Positions 1-15,360 of a DNA stretch of 64,000 nucleotides are shown piece after piece. This stretch comes from the human T2T-CHM13v2.0 reference genome, Homo sapiens. The position numbers and the translations under genes are program-made. Location: assembly GCF_009914755.1 (NCBI RefSeq), contig NC_060935.1; one strand, given 5' to 3'. Every line of letters starts with the position of its first letter. Position 1 is the first letter of the stretch. The notes under the pieces were generated by a model. The model was given only the letters and a program-made list of their open reading frames with translations, did no database searches and had not been told where the DNA came from.

Positions 1-69
1 TGTGTGTGTGTATACACACATGTATATGCACACTTTTTCATGTATATATAAGTATTCACATATATACTT

Positions 70-545
70 ACATATATTCATCTAATGGAATACCATACAG
101 TGATGAAAAAGAAAGGACTACTATACACAACAACTTGGATGAATTTCACACACATTTTGTTGAGTGACACAAACCTAACACAAAACAGTATATACAAATA
201 CAATTCCGTTTATATAAAGCTCAAGAAGAGGCAAAATTAATAAATGATTATAAAAGCCAGAATAATAGTTACCATTTTAGGGTGGGCGTTAACAGGGGAA
301 TGTGCTAGAAATGTTTTTCTTTAGTTTTTTTAACATGCACAAGGAGGCTGCATAGAAATGCTTTATATCTTTTTTTTCTTTATTTCTTTTTCTATAACCT
401 CAGAAGGGAAGAAATGTTTTATATCTTGATCTGGGTAGTGGTTACATGAGCATTCACATGTGGAAAAATTCAATAAGCTCTACACTTAAGATTGATACAT
501 TTTATGGTATATATTTAAACCTCAAATTTATAAACTTTTTCAAAA
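70..545 (+). mobile_element. Old L1 (L1M/L1ME-type) 3' end fragment
   Basis: Typical L1M 3'UTR phrases: 'aatggaataccatacagtgatgaaaaa', 'caacttggatgaatttcaca', 'atatcttgatctgggtagtggttaca', ending in A-rich sequence. Boundaries approximate. Confidence 0.75.
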
Positions 546-949
546 AATTAATAAGTTATTATGTAGTAGGGTTGGCACCTATTAAAAGAAATTTTGGGAA
601 ACACAGAATCAGGGTTTTTCCTTATTTTGCCAGAATTGTCCAGAAACATAATTCCTCCAAGTCAGAACAGACTCATCTGTTTTTAAAACAGAATTAAACC
701 TCATGGCCAACTAATTGGACTCTTTCCCAAAGAGAGATATACCTCACACAAACAGCTGTGTCTTAAAGATCAAGTTTTTGTTATAGCCTACAAGCTATGG
801 AAAATTCTGCCAGATGATTTGGAGACATTCATTTCTCCTTTATTTCTTGCTAGCAGAGCCACACTTTTGTTCAGGGTCCACCAGTTCTCCACCCGACCTC
901 TAGGAAGGTGACTCTACCCATAGGTCCGAGGTAAGGCCTGATTCAGATA

Positions 950-1475
950 TAGGGGGAAGAAAAAATAGTTTTTCCTCTACCCTTCTAAGTTCTAAACTGG
1001 AGCCTCTTTAACAGAAGACAGATTAACAAGAGAAAAACAAAGAGAAGTGTATTAACATGTATATCCCATATATACATGGGAGATGCCCAGGGAAATGAGT
1101 ATCTCTCAGAGAGTTGGCTTAGAATTCAGGTTTAAATACTATCTGCAGCTAAAAACAAAGTCATGAGGGTGATCAGGAAAAGTACAGTAAATGAGAGAAA
1201 GGGTTTGTTATGCAGATTTTACTCAGTGCCTCCTCCCTTGCTGAAGAGTCTCTTGTTTAGAGTCTTCATTCTCTCCTGGCATAGAGAGAAAGTCACGCTT
1301 ACAAATGCAGAGTCCCCTCATAAAGTACATTTCCCTTACAAAAGGGCAGTGTATTTATTCTGTTCAAGGAGCTTCTCCTGTATCTGCTGTGTCTCAAAAT
1401 AGTCAGCTCAAAATAATCCTGACACCAAAGGGGCATATTTTGGGATTTGGGGGTGGCATATTCTTCTGATCCCAC
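950..1475 (-). mobile_element. ERV1-class solo LTR (MER31/MER34-like, subfamily uncertain)
   Basis: Minus strand starts 'tgtgggatcagaagaatatgccacccccaaa...aaaatatgcccctttgg...attattttgagctga', the characteristic start of this LTR group. Confidence 0.6.
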
Positions 1476-1574
1476 AGAGTAAATTATAGTGATTTCTGTT
1501 CCCTTGGCTGGGAATGGTCTAGGGGTGAGCATGTGACACAGTTCTGTTAAGTCACATGGAAAGAGATCTGCTGT

Positions 1575-2252
1575 TGACATTCTCTTTGCAAAAATTATAA
1601 CAGTGAGAAAATTGTGTCAGTGGGGGAGATCTTATCTAGCCAACCCCACCTCTTGCCTTTAGCCTTCAAGCTGCCTTTAATTATTTCTGGGCTTAGGCCA
1701 AACTAACTTTGGCAGACATTTAGTTTACAGTTTAAATGATAATAGCCTTTCCCCAAAATTCAGCCACCTTTGTAAAGCTAATAAGAGAGCACCAGGCTAG
1801 GAGGATAGAGGATCCTGAATTCTGCTAGGTAGAAGTAAACTTATGACTGCCAGCCATTCTTCCAGGGGGTCACAAGATATGCAGCTCCCCAGTTACTCCT
1901 GCAGAGAACATCACAATTGTAGAACCTAAGATTGGCCTTTTGAGATATCTTTTCAGGTGTTTTACCTGTCTGAGAACCAGTGGCTCCACCTGGACCTGCC
2001 AATTACTCTTGTAGCCCCACCCAGAAATGACTCAACTCAGATCCAACCAATCAGCACTCCCCATACCCCAGTCCCTGCCCACCAAACTATCTTCGAAAAA
2101 CTCCTAATCTCTGAGCCTTCAAGGAGATTGATTTGAGTGATAACTCCGTCTCCCACTTAGCATGGCTGGCCTCACATCAACTGAAATGCCATGGTCTCTG
2201 TTAATTGATTTTGTTTGTGCAGCAGTCAGGAGGAACCTGTCAGGAGGTTACA
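1575..2252 (+). mobile_element. Solo LTR, LTR8-family (LTR8B-like, ERV1)
   Basis: TG...CA ends; 'ctttgcaaaaattataacagtgagaaaatt', 'gccaaactaactttgg', 'aaatgataatagcc' match LTR8; 4-bp TSD CTGT at 1571-1574 and 2253-2256. Confidence 0.85.
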
Positions 2253-2253
2253 C

Positions 2254-2310
2254 TGTGCACGCACATGTGTGTGTGTGTGTGTGTGTGCGCGCGCACACGC
2301 ACATACATGT
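2254..2310. repeat. (TG)n/(CG)n/(CA)n alternating purine-pyrimidine microsatellite
   Basis: Read directly; uninterrupted RY alternation. Confidence 0.95.
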
Positions 2311-2723
2311 TGCAGAGGTGTTTCTGGCAAATGCTTGTCATTCCTAAGCAGGAGATACCAGAACAGAAGTTTATTCCTGCCTCTGCCTGCTGCTACCTCT
2401 GAACTTCTGCTAAGGTGACTGAGGCTCTTTTCTTACTTGCAGCCAAAGATGCCCTAGTTGATACTGAGATCATTACCTGCTTTTTTAGATTAGTCACTCT
2501 AAATCTTCCTCATTTGATTCCAGGCAAATCAGACATTTTAAATTTCTCCAACTTATTTTTTTTCTCTCCCTCTCACCTCAGGACCTTTGCATGTGCTTTG
2601 CCCTTTACCCATAATATTCTCCACCCTCCTTCACCCACTTTACTACTCAGCAGCTATTCATTTCCTCAAAGAAAGAGTCCATATACTCCTCAGACTGAGT
2701 CAGGCTTCCTCTTCCTTTCTCTC

Positions 2724-3299
2724 TGAGACAGAGCAGGGATCCCCTCTTAGGGGCCTGCTGGGCTCCCCCATCCCTTCAGTGTAGAAATAAAAGATTTTGA
2801 GTTCTTCAAAAGAAATTCCAGGCACTCAGCCCCACAACCAGCAAGTAGGCGACTGAATGAATGACCTGCTAAAGATAACAATGACTTAAACAATAGCCAC
2901 TCAAGTATGCCAGGGTCACAAGACGTTTGGTTCCCTGTAGAAACTAAAGATAACATTTTGACAAATGTCCTTGAGTTGTTTTTCAGAAACGAGGACCCCC
3001 AACTGATGGAAAATGCCAATGGCTGTCACACAGACCTAAGACAGACTGGAACCAGAAAATAGATAAGGAAGTTTCAGAAATTCCTTAGCCCCTAACTCAC
3101 TTCGGAAGACCCCTCACTGCTGCCTTTGAAAATCCTTGCTTGTAAGCCATCAGGGAGTTCAGGTCTGAAGCATTAGCTGCCTGTCCTCCTTGCTTGGTGT
3201 CCTGCAATAAATGGCTTTCTCTCTCACCGCAAATCCCAGTGTCAGAGTTTGCCTTTTTCTGCACGCTGGAAGAGTAGATCCAAGTCTGGTTCAGTAACA
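2724..3299 (+). mobile_element. ERV1-class solo LTR (MER66/MER73-like, subfamily uncertain)
   Basis: Starts 'tgagacagagcagggatcccctcttaggggcc', AATAAA near 3206, ends 'ttcagtaaca'; near-TSD TCTC/TCTA. Confidence 0.7.
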
Positions 3300-3389
3300 T
3301 CTAGTACCCTGTACAGTTCTTCATACCCCAATATCATATCTACGTTTTGAGACAGGAGATTGCATTTCAGAGCATATGAGCCTTATTCA

Positions 3390-3980
<591 letters not shown>

Positions 3981-4070
3981 TTACCAAGAATCTACCTGAC
4001 CTTGACATCTACCTAGAGGCTCACCCCAGACTGTTGCCAAAAGGACCACTACTGCTGAGGCACTTTGATG

Positions 4071-4418
4071 GGTGGTGTGGTCTGAATGAGACACCCCAAA
4101 ATCCATATGTGGAAATCCTATCCCCCAAGATGATAGTATTAGGAGGTGGGGCCTTTGGGAGGGAAGAGCCCTCATGATTAGGACTAGTGCCCTCATAAAA
4201 GAGACCCCAAAAAGCTAAGCTAGTTAGTCCCTTCCACTGTGTAAGGGCACAGCAAGAAGGTGCCATCTCTGAGGAAGTGGGCCCTTACCAGACACTGAAC
4301 CTGCTAGTGCCCTGAACTTAGACTTCCCAGCCTCCAGACTGTGGGAAATAAATTTCTGCTGTGTATAAGCCACCCAGTTGATGAGATTTTGTTATAGCAA
4401 TCAGAATGGATTAAGACT
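4071..4418 (+). mobile_element. MaLR LTR (MLT1A-like)
   Basis: 'tgtggtctgaatg...ccccaaaatccatatgtggaaatcctatccccc...ggaggtggggcctttgggagg', 'gacttcccagcctccagactgtgggaaataaatttctg'. Confidence 0.8.
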
Positions 4419-6083
4419 GTGGGATTAGCATTGTGAGTTTTGTTTACTGGTCTAAGGCTACACACCAATAAATGGAGCTGTCATGTTGACAGAGCTTTGC
4501 ATCTGTGGAGGGGCTCCCATCCACAGGTGGAAGGATAGTTCCATGAGTCCCTCCAAGATAGACAGGACAGCATTCTCCGTCTTTTCAACTTGCTACATGA
4601 TTTCCTCAATTCATAACTTTCAACTCCATTCTATCTTAGCTACCTCCTCTCAGGTCACACCTCCATTTTCTCCTGAAATTTTCTTTCTCTAACATTTCAG
4701 GCTGTATCATCTTCCCAACTGAGCACAACTTCTTATCTCCCCACACTCTTGTTCTCTTCCTCCCTCAAAGCTCTCCTAGGCTCACACGAACTCTCATTCC
4801 TCAACCAGTCCGCTTTCTGCCCATCTAGCAGCTCCCTGCTGCCTGCCAAGATTTCCTTCCTCTTCCCACTCTCTTGGTGTCTGTGAAATGTGTGGATTGA
4901 GAGTTTTATCTCCAGATGTGACTTGTGGATTGAGACTGACTTGCTGATTTAAAAACAAAACGACCCTAGTCAGTTCTTTCTTAAAATGGTCAAACCAGTT
5001 TCTACGTGGAGAACATTTCTAATTGTGGTTTCTAGGTAGATAAGTGCTCTTTCTGGTGCAGGAATAAATAGCTGAAAATGGAATGCTGAGATTTGAAGGA
5101 CTTGATTCAAAGGGCCAACAGGCACTTGCAAGTTCATCAGCTGTGTAAGAATTATATTCTATGCAAAGGCGAAGATGGAGAAGCAGCTAATGCCAGATAA
5201 GTACATCAAAGATCAATCTGCTTTTAGCTTTTGAAGTATCTGGAGAGACTATGGGTTAGAAGGAATAATAAAATATGCATTCTACATTTGTCCTTGTAGG
5301 AAAAGGCTGTATAAGCAAATTACATCAATTTCCTTATTGGTACTCAGAGCCTGCATTTCAGTCATTTTAAAAAGAAAGGAAGTTTGGTTGTGTTTACAGA
5401 TGAAGGAAATGTTCTTGTCTCCGGAACCCCAGAGCCTATTATTTAAAAGATAAATTCCCAATCTAGTAAAGAGAAACGACACCTTGGGTCAAGATAAGGA
5501 ATATCTTTTCTGAATAATGCACAACATAAACTTCTTTACTTCTGACTTTGGTCCCAAGACTGCTTTATTTCTTCCTAGGCTTAAGTGCTATTTGTTCTCT
5601 AGGGGAGTTTTTGCTCTACGCTCCTAAAGATACTTTCAACCTGATGCTTTCTTGGGTCCTGGGGTTCCCTTGAGGAATCAACCATTGAACTAAGATCTCC
5701 CCAGAACCCTGAACTTCAGGGAGACAGAAAATCTGAGTTCTATCCCTGGTTTTGCACCAGATATGGCTTTCATCTGGTCTCTGCCCTCCAGCTTGTCTCT
5801 GCACTCTCTGAACTTGCTTTCTTTGCCATAGAATGATAGTGATAATACTTACTCTGCCTACCATGTGGGCTGTTGAATAGGAAAAAGGGCTTTATTAAAT
5901 ATGAAATCCAGTGCAAACACAGATGTTCCTGTAGTCTTATTGCACAGGAATATTGCTGGGGGTAATTTGAATATCTGGAAATGCTGTGATTTGTATGCCA
6001 CAAAACTGCTGATGTTCTCAGTTCCTTTTCTGCTTTTTATAAAGAGTTCTAGTCACTATTCTGTGGCTGTTTTCCCCCTTTAA

Positions 6084-6389
<306 letters not shown>

Positions 6390-6589
6390 TCCCGCAAGGG
6401 TAAGTGTGGTAACTACTGTATTACAGAGGCTGGGGGATACATTACATGACTCCTGTCTTCAAGGAGCCAACGGTTGAGCTGAAGGAAGAAGACACACACA
6501 CGAAAGTTTTACAGAAAGCAGGTTCATCTCTTTGCCTGGTTTTTAACTGTTGGAATATCTCAGGGCTCTGCCTTCTTTGCTTCTCCATG

Positions 6590-7010
6590 TTGACTCCTTC
6601 ATTGTATGATCTTAGTCCCTCTGTGACTTTCAATACCAGCTTTATGCTGATGACATCCATAGCTGGATCCTTAGCCCTGACTCCACCCTGAGCTCTAGAA
6701 TCTGTATAGAAATTGTCCAAATGCACCTTGCTCCTCAGATGTCTACTAGGCATCTGAAACTGAACCTCTCTAAAACTAAGCCCTTACTCATCGACCTCCT
6801 CTCCCTGTTTTCGCTCATCTGTTAGTCTCCCTCATCCCTGGAAGTGGTACTCCTCACCAGTCAGTCACTCTTGTCTTGCTTCTTCCCTGTATTCATGGAT
6901 CTTATTCCATCTGAAGTTGTTTTTGTTTCCTTATGTGCTTTTTGCCTGACTCTCTGAGCTAGAATGCCTGACACCTCATAGGCACTTAGTATTTGTTCGA
7001 GTAAATTGTC
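6590..7010 (+). mobile_element. L2 fragments
   Basis: 'tatgctgatgac...agccctgac...cctgagctctaga...gatgtctactaggcatctgaaactgaac' plus an L2 3' end ('aggcacttagtatttgttcgagtaaat'). Confidence 0.65.
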
Positions 7011-7086
7011 AAAAACAGTAACATAGAGGGAAAGCAGATAGAGAGGGAGATTTTTGTGAGCTGGGGAAGTAAAGGTAGGCTCCATG

Positions 7087-7800
<714 letters not shown>

Positions 7801-7814
7801 ACAGTCCATGTAAA

Positions 7815-8110
7815 ATGTGTCTTTGAAGGATGGTGGGAGTTCATATACATAAGAATGGGAGGAGGATTCTGGGCAGTTGCCACAGAATAAGCAAAGTCCA
7901 AAGGAAGGAATAGCATTCATATATGGAGTGTGTGTGTGTTTGTGTGTCTGTCTGTCTGCTTGTGTGTGTGTTGGTGGAAATTGGGGAGGAGGGGTAACAG
8001 ACTAAGTGTAGCAGGGCCTGGAACATTAGGCTGAGAAGTTTGAATTTTATTCTACAGGCAATAGAACACCACTGAAAAATGTTCTGCAGCCATGTGATAT
8101 GATGGAAGCA
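7815..8110 (-). mobile_element. L2 fragments containing a (TG)n-rich tract (7928-7972)
   Basis: 'gagaagtttgaattttattctacaggcaatagaacaccactgaaaaatgtt' resembles antisense L2. Confidence 0.5.
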
Positions 8111-8921
8111 TATATTAATAGTAAATGCTCAGTGAACACCTGAGGAATGAAATGAAAGGAAATACTTTTGGTACAGCAAAGACTGTTCATAGTTGTTTGT
8201 AAGCTTTAGCAAGTCTGTAAAGAACCTATACAATCACTCTGAATGTGTGAACTGAAGATGCTCATCAGGGAGAAAAACTGTTCTTTCAGCTAAAACTTAC
8301 TCCGCCAGATTTTTGTGAACTGCATGAAATTAGATTGAGACTGCATCTAAGATGTAGATTTGAAATCCCTCCCTGAATAGAGAAAACTCATGGAAAAGCT
8401 AGAGCCAAAGCATGGAGTAAGGATGATCAGTCTGATGGAAGATCAACATGATTGACTGAATCCCTAGGAAAAGTGACCACGACCTTTACTACCAAAAAAC
8501 CTGTTAACATACCCTCTCCACTGACCTGAAAATGTGAGTGAATGTAGTTTTCAGTAAATTTACCAAAGGGTGTGTTTCTGGCCACGAAGCTCATTAGTAG
8601 CAGCTGAAAGTAATTAGGGGGTTAATTAAAACACAGTAATGAGGTAGCTCTGCACTAATGATACCATACTCCTTGTTATCCATTCAGTGGTCCTCTTTGT
8701 GTCTTATGTGTGTCAGGGGAAGAGTGTGTGCTCTGCTAAATACACATGGGTCTTGCTGTTTGTAAAAGCATCACAATTATGAATGTAGAAATAGAGTCTT
8801 AGAGACTCTTAGAGATACTTGCCACCTCTCCCAAAGAGTGAACAGTAAGTCCAACAATGTGAGTGGTATCTGGACCCTAATGATCTTCTGTCCTTCTTGA
8901 TATGAAGACAGGTATATATGG

Positions 8922-9557
8922 TGTCAGGTCCACAACTATGCCAAATGTCACGCTTGGGGTCAGGTTCTAGCCCCTGCTGAGGTCCGAGGAGAGTGGGTAG
9001 ATGAGCAGATAGCTGAAAGAACACTCGGGGGGCCGTAAGCAGGTGAAATGTAGTTTTATTCAGCAGCTCTCTCATCAGCAGCTTACTCAAAACAGCTCTT
9101 TTATTAGCAATTCTCTTACAAGCAGCTTTCTCTCACTGTCTGCTCTGTTTCGGCTACTTGAGCCTGCTGCTACCACACACAGCTGTGAGGCTGGCTCTCC
9201 CTTCGGGGTCAGCAACTTAATTCTCTCTCTCTCTTTGTGCACAAGCCAGGTCCTGGCTCCCCACTGCCTGCCTGCAAGATAGACAGCTTTGGTTCTCTCT
9301 CTCTCTCTTTCTCCAGGCACCAGTGCCTGCACAAGAGCCATGTCAAGCCATGCCCAAGAGCCTGTACAGTATTGGCAGGGCAGTTATACCTTCTACAGCT
9401 TCTACAGACAATAGTGGCATAGAGCCAAGTATGAGCGTCCACAAACAGGTATATAACAAGTGAAGTATGCACCTGTACCCTAAACTCGCTGAGTCACTCT
9501 GGCCTGGATGTCCACCTTGGCCTATTCCTTGACCAAAGCACATCCATGTGCCTTACA
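8922..9557 (-). mobile_element. Solo LTR18-like (ERVL class)
   Basis: Minus strand starts 'tgtaaggcacatggatgtgctttggtcaaggaataggcc'; 5-bp TSD TATGG at 8917-8921 and 9558-9562, the length expected for ERVL. Confidence 0.85.
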
Positions 9558-9826
9558 TATGGAGAGATAGCAACTTAAATGGTAAAGGGACAGTGAAGAG
9601 ACCTTGACAATAATGTCAAAGTATTTCCTAAAGGAAAAGGAAAACACAAGGCTTTAATAAGCAAAATGTGAGTCCCTTTGTCCAGAAGAACATGTTCAGT
9701 CTCAAAATAATAAGATATTGAGAAACTTTTTTTTCATCATTTTTTTCTTGAACCCATTTGGTAACATTGGCATTGCTTGGTAGAAAATGACTATATTGAA
9801 AATGTTATATTTCCTGAAGTGAGAAG

Positions 9827-10262
9827 TGTGAAAGTTGTCAGAATCAAAATGAAGTCACTAATGTTAACAAAATCCTGACAAATAATGCTGAGGAAGGCCA
9901 TGAAGAGAAGGTGCTCATACTTGTATGTATACAACGAAAAAGACTCTACAAAAACTACAGTCTTGCACAAAGGCCATTTCAGCCTCACAAACACAAAAAT
10001 ACTTCTGGGAGGACATGTGCCCAGCAACTGCCTGTTTGACCTTGGACTGGTGCCACCCTTGTCATTGATCCTTGCATTTAAGGATAATCATTTCAAAGCA
10101 CATATGTAATCCTCCTCGTTTTTTCCTTTAAAAATATTTGTCTTCCTTTACCTCTCTGAATATGCACATAGTTTACCATGGCACATGCATTTCAATGGTA
10201 ATACTCTATTCCCAAATAAATATCTTTTCTTTTAGAGAGCCTCTTCATTATTTTGGTTGACA
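9827..10262 (+). mobile_element. Solo LTR, MER65-like (ERV1)
   Basis: Starts 'tgtgaaagttgtcagaatcaaaatgaagtcact', ends 'ttggttgaca'; 4-bp TSD GAAG at 9823-9826 and 10263-10266. Confidence 0.85.
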
Positions 10263-10639
10263 GAAGTCTAGTAGAGAAAATTATGCCATTAGTCAATGTT
10301 CAAAACAAGTATTTGCCTGTACACTCATATAAAAGCCTGCAGAATAATTTGATAAGAATGCCTTATTGAAATTTCCAAGAAAATTTATGAAATGTGATCT
10401 AAATACAGAAACCTGCCTGTTTTAAGACTGATTCAAAACCAGTCAACTAATTACAAATAAGAAACTCTTAGTGGAAATTCTAGTATCTCATTTGAGTTTG
10501 ACATAATATATAATCTATAGCAGAATAATTAATCTATTACAAGGTGTTTTGAGTCTTGAAGATCTTAAGAACTTTATTTACTGTCTTTGAAAATAGATAA
10601 ACCCCTGGTGGTTAGTTTAGAAGCTCTAATGGATTAAAG

Positions 10640-11290
10640 AGATTTTGATCTGATCCCTCTGCCCCATCCTTCTTGCCACAGGCAGACCTTGTGCCTAATC
10701 AACTGCTGCCTTGCATTCAGCCCCAGTCATGCTCCCCACTGCTACCAAGAAAAGCTTTGTGATGCTGCAGTCTGTCATGTCACTATCCTTTGGTTGCTCC
10801 CACGCCAGCAGGCACACAAAGCTCTCCCCAGTTTGGTGTCAGTCCTTGTGGATTATCTCTTGATGTCTGCCCCTTGCATCTTCTACCCAGCTGTAGCCAA
10901 ACTACCTGCAATTCTGAAAAGAACCTGCCTCTTCCATGCTCTCCAACCCTGTTGCATGTCTGATACTCTGTTCAGAAAAGCCTTCTCCCTTGCTTCCCCC
11001 ACTCACAAACTCCTACTTATACTACAAGATTTAGCTCAAGTAACATCTATTTAAGCTTTTATTTATCCTCTCTCTAAATTCTCAGTTATCGTTCTGCTTC
11101 TTTCTCTTTGTTTTTTGTCTCCACCCCTAGACCCCGAGATATTTAAGATCATTCAACATTCAACAAAGATTTATTGAGGGCCCACTATGTGACAGGAACT
11201 ACTCTAGGTGCTGAGAATATAGCCATGAACAAAGGAAATCCCCTGCCTCTGTGGAGTCTCCACTCTATCAGGGACAGGGAGGTTTCGAAA
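10640..11290. mobile_element. Degraded L2 fragments (plus strand ~10640-11150, minus-strand 3' end ~11150-11290)
   Basis: 'cattcaacaaagatttattgagggcccactatgtgacagg...ctaggtgctgagaatatagc' is a reverse L2 3' end. Confidence 0.55.
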
Positions 11291-12268
11291 AACAAACAAC
11301 GACAACAACAACAAAAGAACAAAAACAACCCAAATTACATGGGGTTTCCTAACAGTAGTAGAGAAGACCTGGGAATCTTAGACTCTGAAAAGAAAGAACC
11401 AAGATAAAATCTTACTGAATTAACTGAGCAAGCATTTGGCATTATTTTCAGTCTGAGGAAACCTAAGGCAAACACATGTGCACGGATTTATTCAAGGAAA
11501 GTTGCAGGGTTTATTGGTAGCTGAGCTGAATCCCTAGCCTCATCTCCTGACACCTCATTGAATGTTCTCTCCATCCTTCTAAAACATGGCAGCTCTCAGG
11601 CAAATTCATGTATGTTCCAGCCTTGACTGTGATCAAGGTCTTTTTTTTATAGTAACTGCATAAGGTTATCTGAATGAGGTCAACTATGGCATACAAAGCC
11701 CAGATGATTTGCCAAGCTATCTACGGTTTAGCCAAAATGACTGGCTTGCTATGAAAGCCATTACTCTGTCAGGTCATTAAGTTCCTGGAGGAAGACTCTG
11801 CAAAGGTAGTAGCATTTGCTGTGTGCCCCATCACGATCTGAGGTTATTTTGACTGTGTAAAGGGTTGATTGGCAGGATGGAGAAGACAAGGATATGTCCG
11901 GCAGAGGCAGCTTCTTCTTTTCATGATGACAGATGGTTGTGAGATTTCAATTACAAGCCACCTGAAAGGAGACTCATATTTGGCATTCCCTTTCTGAGTC
12001 AGTGATTCACAGCGTCCCTGTATGGTTTGGGATGTGCAACTGAATCATAAAAGTTTAGAAAAAGACAAGGTCCCACCTTCAAGCCTTTGCTCATGTCATC
12101 CTCTGCCCGGTACGTTCTCTTTACTCCACTGTCCAAATCCACTCATCCTTCCACGCACTCCTCCTCCATGGCATGCTCAGACTACTCTAGTCTTCACTGA
12201 ACTCTCCTCCCTCTGACTTAATGTTTCTTTGTAGTTCTTAGAACACAGTTTTTGTTTCTATTTAAGCC

Positions 12269-12473
12269 AGGGTTTCTTAACTTCTGCACTGTTGACATTT
12301 TGGTCCAGATAATTATTTGTTGTCGTGTGCATTGTAGAATGTTTTGCAGCATCCCTGGCCTCTACCTGCTAGATGCCAGTAGCACTGCCCTCAAGTCATG
12401 ACAATCAAAAATATCTGCAGGCATTGCCAAATTATCCCCTGGGGGATAAAATCACCCTGGGTCAAAAGCCATT
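12269..12473. mobile_element. MER20 (hAT-Charlie)
   Basis: 'cactgttgacattttggtccagataattatttgttg...gcagcatccctggcctctacctgctagatgccagtagcac...gacaatcaaaaatatctgcaggcattgccaaat'. Confidence 0.85.
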
Positions 12474-12499
12474 GATTTAAATTCTCATGCATTTATTAA

Positions 12500-12730
12500 C
12501 AGCAAAAGCAAGCATAGTGCACTGGGCTTATATACTAGGTAATTTTCTAGGCACTTTACACAGACTGTCACAGATAAGGGACACTAGCCCTATTTCATGT
12601 ATGGGAAAACACGAGGCTAGCAATGATTAAGTAATGTGCCCAAGGTCACAGAGCTAGAAAATGGCAGAGCTGGGATATGAAGCAGTTCTCCTAACTTGAG
12701 CTGGTTCTTCTAACCACTATTCTGCATAGT
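12500..12730 (-). mobile_element. MIR
   Basis: Core 'ttaagtaatgtgcccaaggtcacagagctagaaaatggcagagctgggatatgaa'. Confidence 0.75.
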
Positions 12731-14539
12731 CTCACCTCCCTTCACAGATTTCTGCCAGTGTCACCCAGCAACTTGTCTTCCTTTCCCTACCAGTGGCAGT
12801 TCTCCCCAGAAGCAGCAGCTTTTCCAACATTCACCGAGGCAGGCTTATTGTACTACACTTAGATCTCTAAGGGGTATGGGGTGTGCTACTCAGCTGATTG
12901 GGGCATTTCTGTACTTGGCAGAGAGACTCTAAGGACCTGAGACCCAGTCCTCTGACGAGGGGCCACCAACTATCTGGTGAAGTCTCTAAGTTATATCTTG
13001 TCAGAGTTCTTCTTCAAGCTTTTAGGTTTTAGTGATTTCAACCTCCTCCCTTCCCCCCCAGCCTCCCTGGCTCCCCGCCCAGGTAGGGGCTGCTTTCTGC
13101 ATTTGCTACTTCTTGAAAACTTATTGTTCCCTTTTGATTTTTTAGTTACCTAGTTAGCATTTATTAATACCTAGATAACAATCCTTTATATTAAATTCTG
13201 TCTCTTATAAAATAACTGGCATGGTTTTTGTCTTTTGGCTGGCCCCTGACGAATATATATACTCTTTAGCACTTATGTAGGCTCATTGGTAACACCCTCA
13301 AAGGCAAAGGAGAGAACGGAACATATTTATTACATATAACTCAGGCAATTATTATATCTATTCAGAACTTTGAAAGTGTCTCCTAGGAACTGTGATGTTT
13401 ATCAAGAATGTTAACATATCTGATCTTTTGCTTATGATGAAATTGTGGAGGAAAATAAAATACAGATTATGGTACAAGTGATGATGGAGATGATTTATCC
13501 TCTGATTGCAATTCTACTTTTCATGGCAGGGGTGCCTCTGAACATGCAGGCAACAAGCAAACAGAATGCATTGGAAAGACCAATAGAATCTGTATGAAAT
13601 GAACCTTTAAAAAATGTACATTTAATATGGCACTAAAATGTTGAAGGAAATTAAATTGAAATAGAAGAATGGGAGTTCCTTGGAGGAACTTTGGATCTGT
13701 ACTCTAGGGGATTTCTTCCAGAAAAGAAATCAATAGGGAACAGAGTCTAGGATGATAAATCCCACTGGTCCATTTTGATTAACAGTCTTTTTTCTTCCAA
13801 TTCATAGGATGTGAACAGTAATGAGTTTTAATCACAGGGCAAACACACTTCATGCTTGTAACCCCAGCATGGCAGTTTTAATATCTTTTCCAGGTACTGT
13901 TCTGATGAGTACATTCTGCCTTCAAAATGTCTGAGAGCTATCAGTCACATACTTCTTTTTGTAATAATCCCCCCTTTGATTCAAAAGGCTAATCTTATGT
14001 CCAAAACATCCTAAATTTTTGAGACATTTCTAGAATTCTCCCAAGAGTTTCTATAAGCTCCTTCCAGGGCTAGAAATCACATGCAACATAACTTGATTCT
14101 TACGAAGAGAGCCAGCTTCCTGATGCATAACCCAGTCCCTCTGACTTGAGTCACAGGATGTCTATGGCCCTGGCAGAGACTGTACTCCCATCAGGGGCTC
14201 CTTACTTCAGTAACCACTCAGACTCTCACAGAGATTCTGATTCTCTGAAAAATGACAGCTTCTAGGTGAATTAACCAAGGTTTCCCCATAAGATCTCTAT
14301 ACGCCTATAATATTTCTTCTTTTCCTGTAGATTGTGACATTCACTAGGTTTCAACATTTACAACTTCACAATTCTCAGGGCTATGTATAGGGTTCTATAT
14401 TAAGAACTTTCAGAAGTCCATGCCAACTTGACATTTCTGCATAAATCCTAATAAGATATATGAAATAAGTACACACAAGTTGTGATCTAGTGGAAAGTAC
14501 CTGGAATTATTACACTGATTCTACTACCAGTAAGCTCTG

Positions 14540-15360
<821 letters not shown>

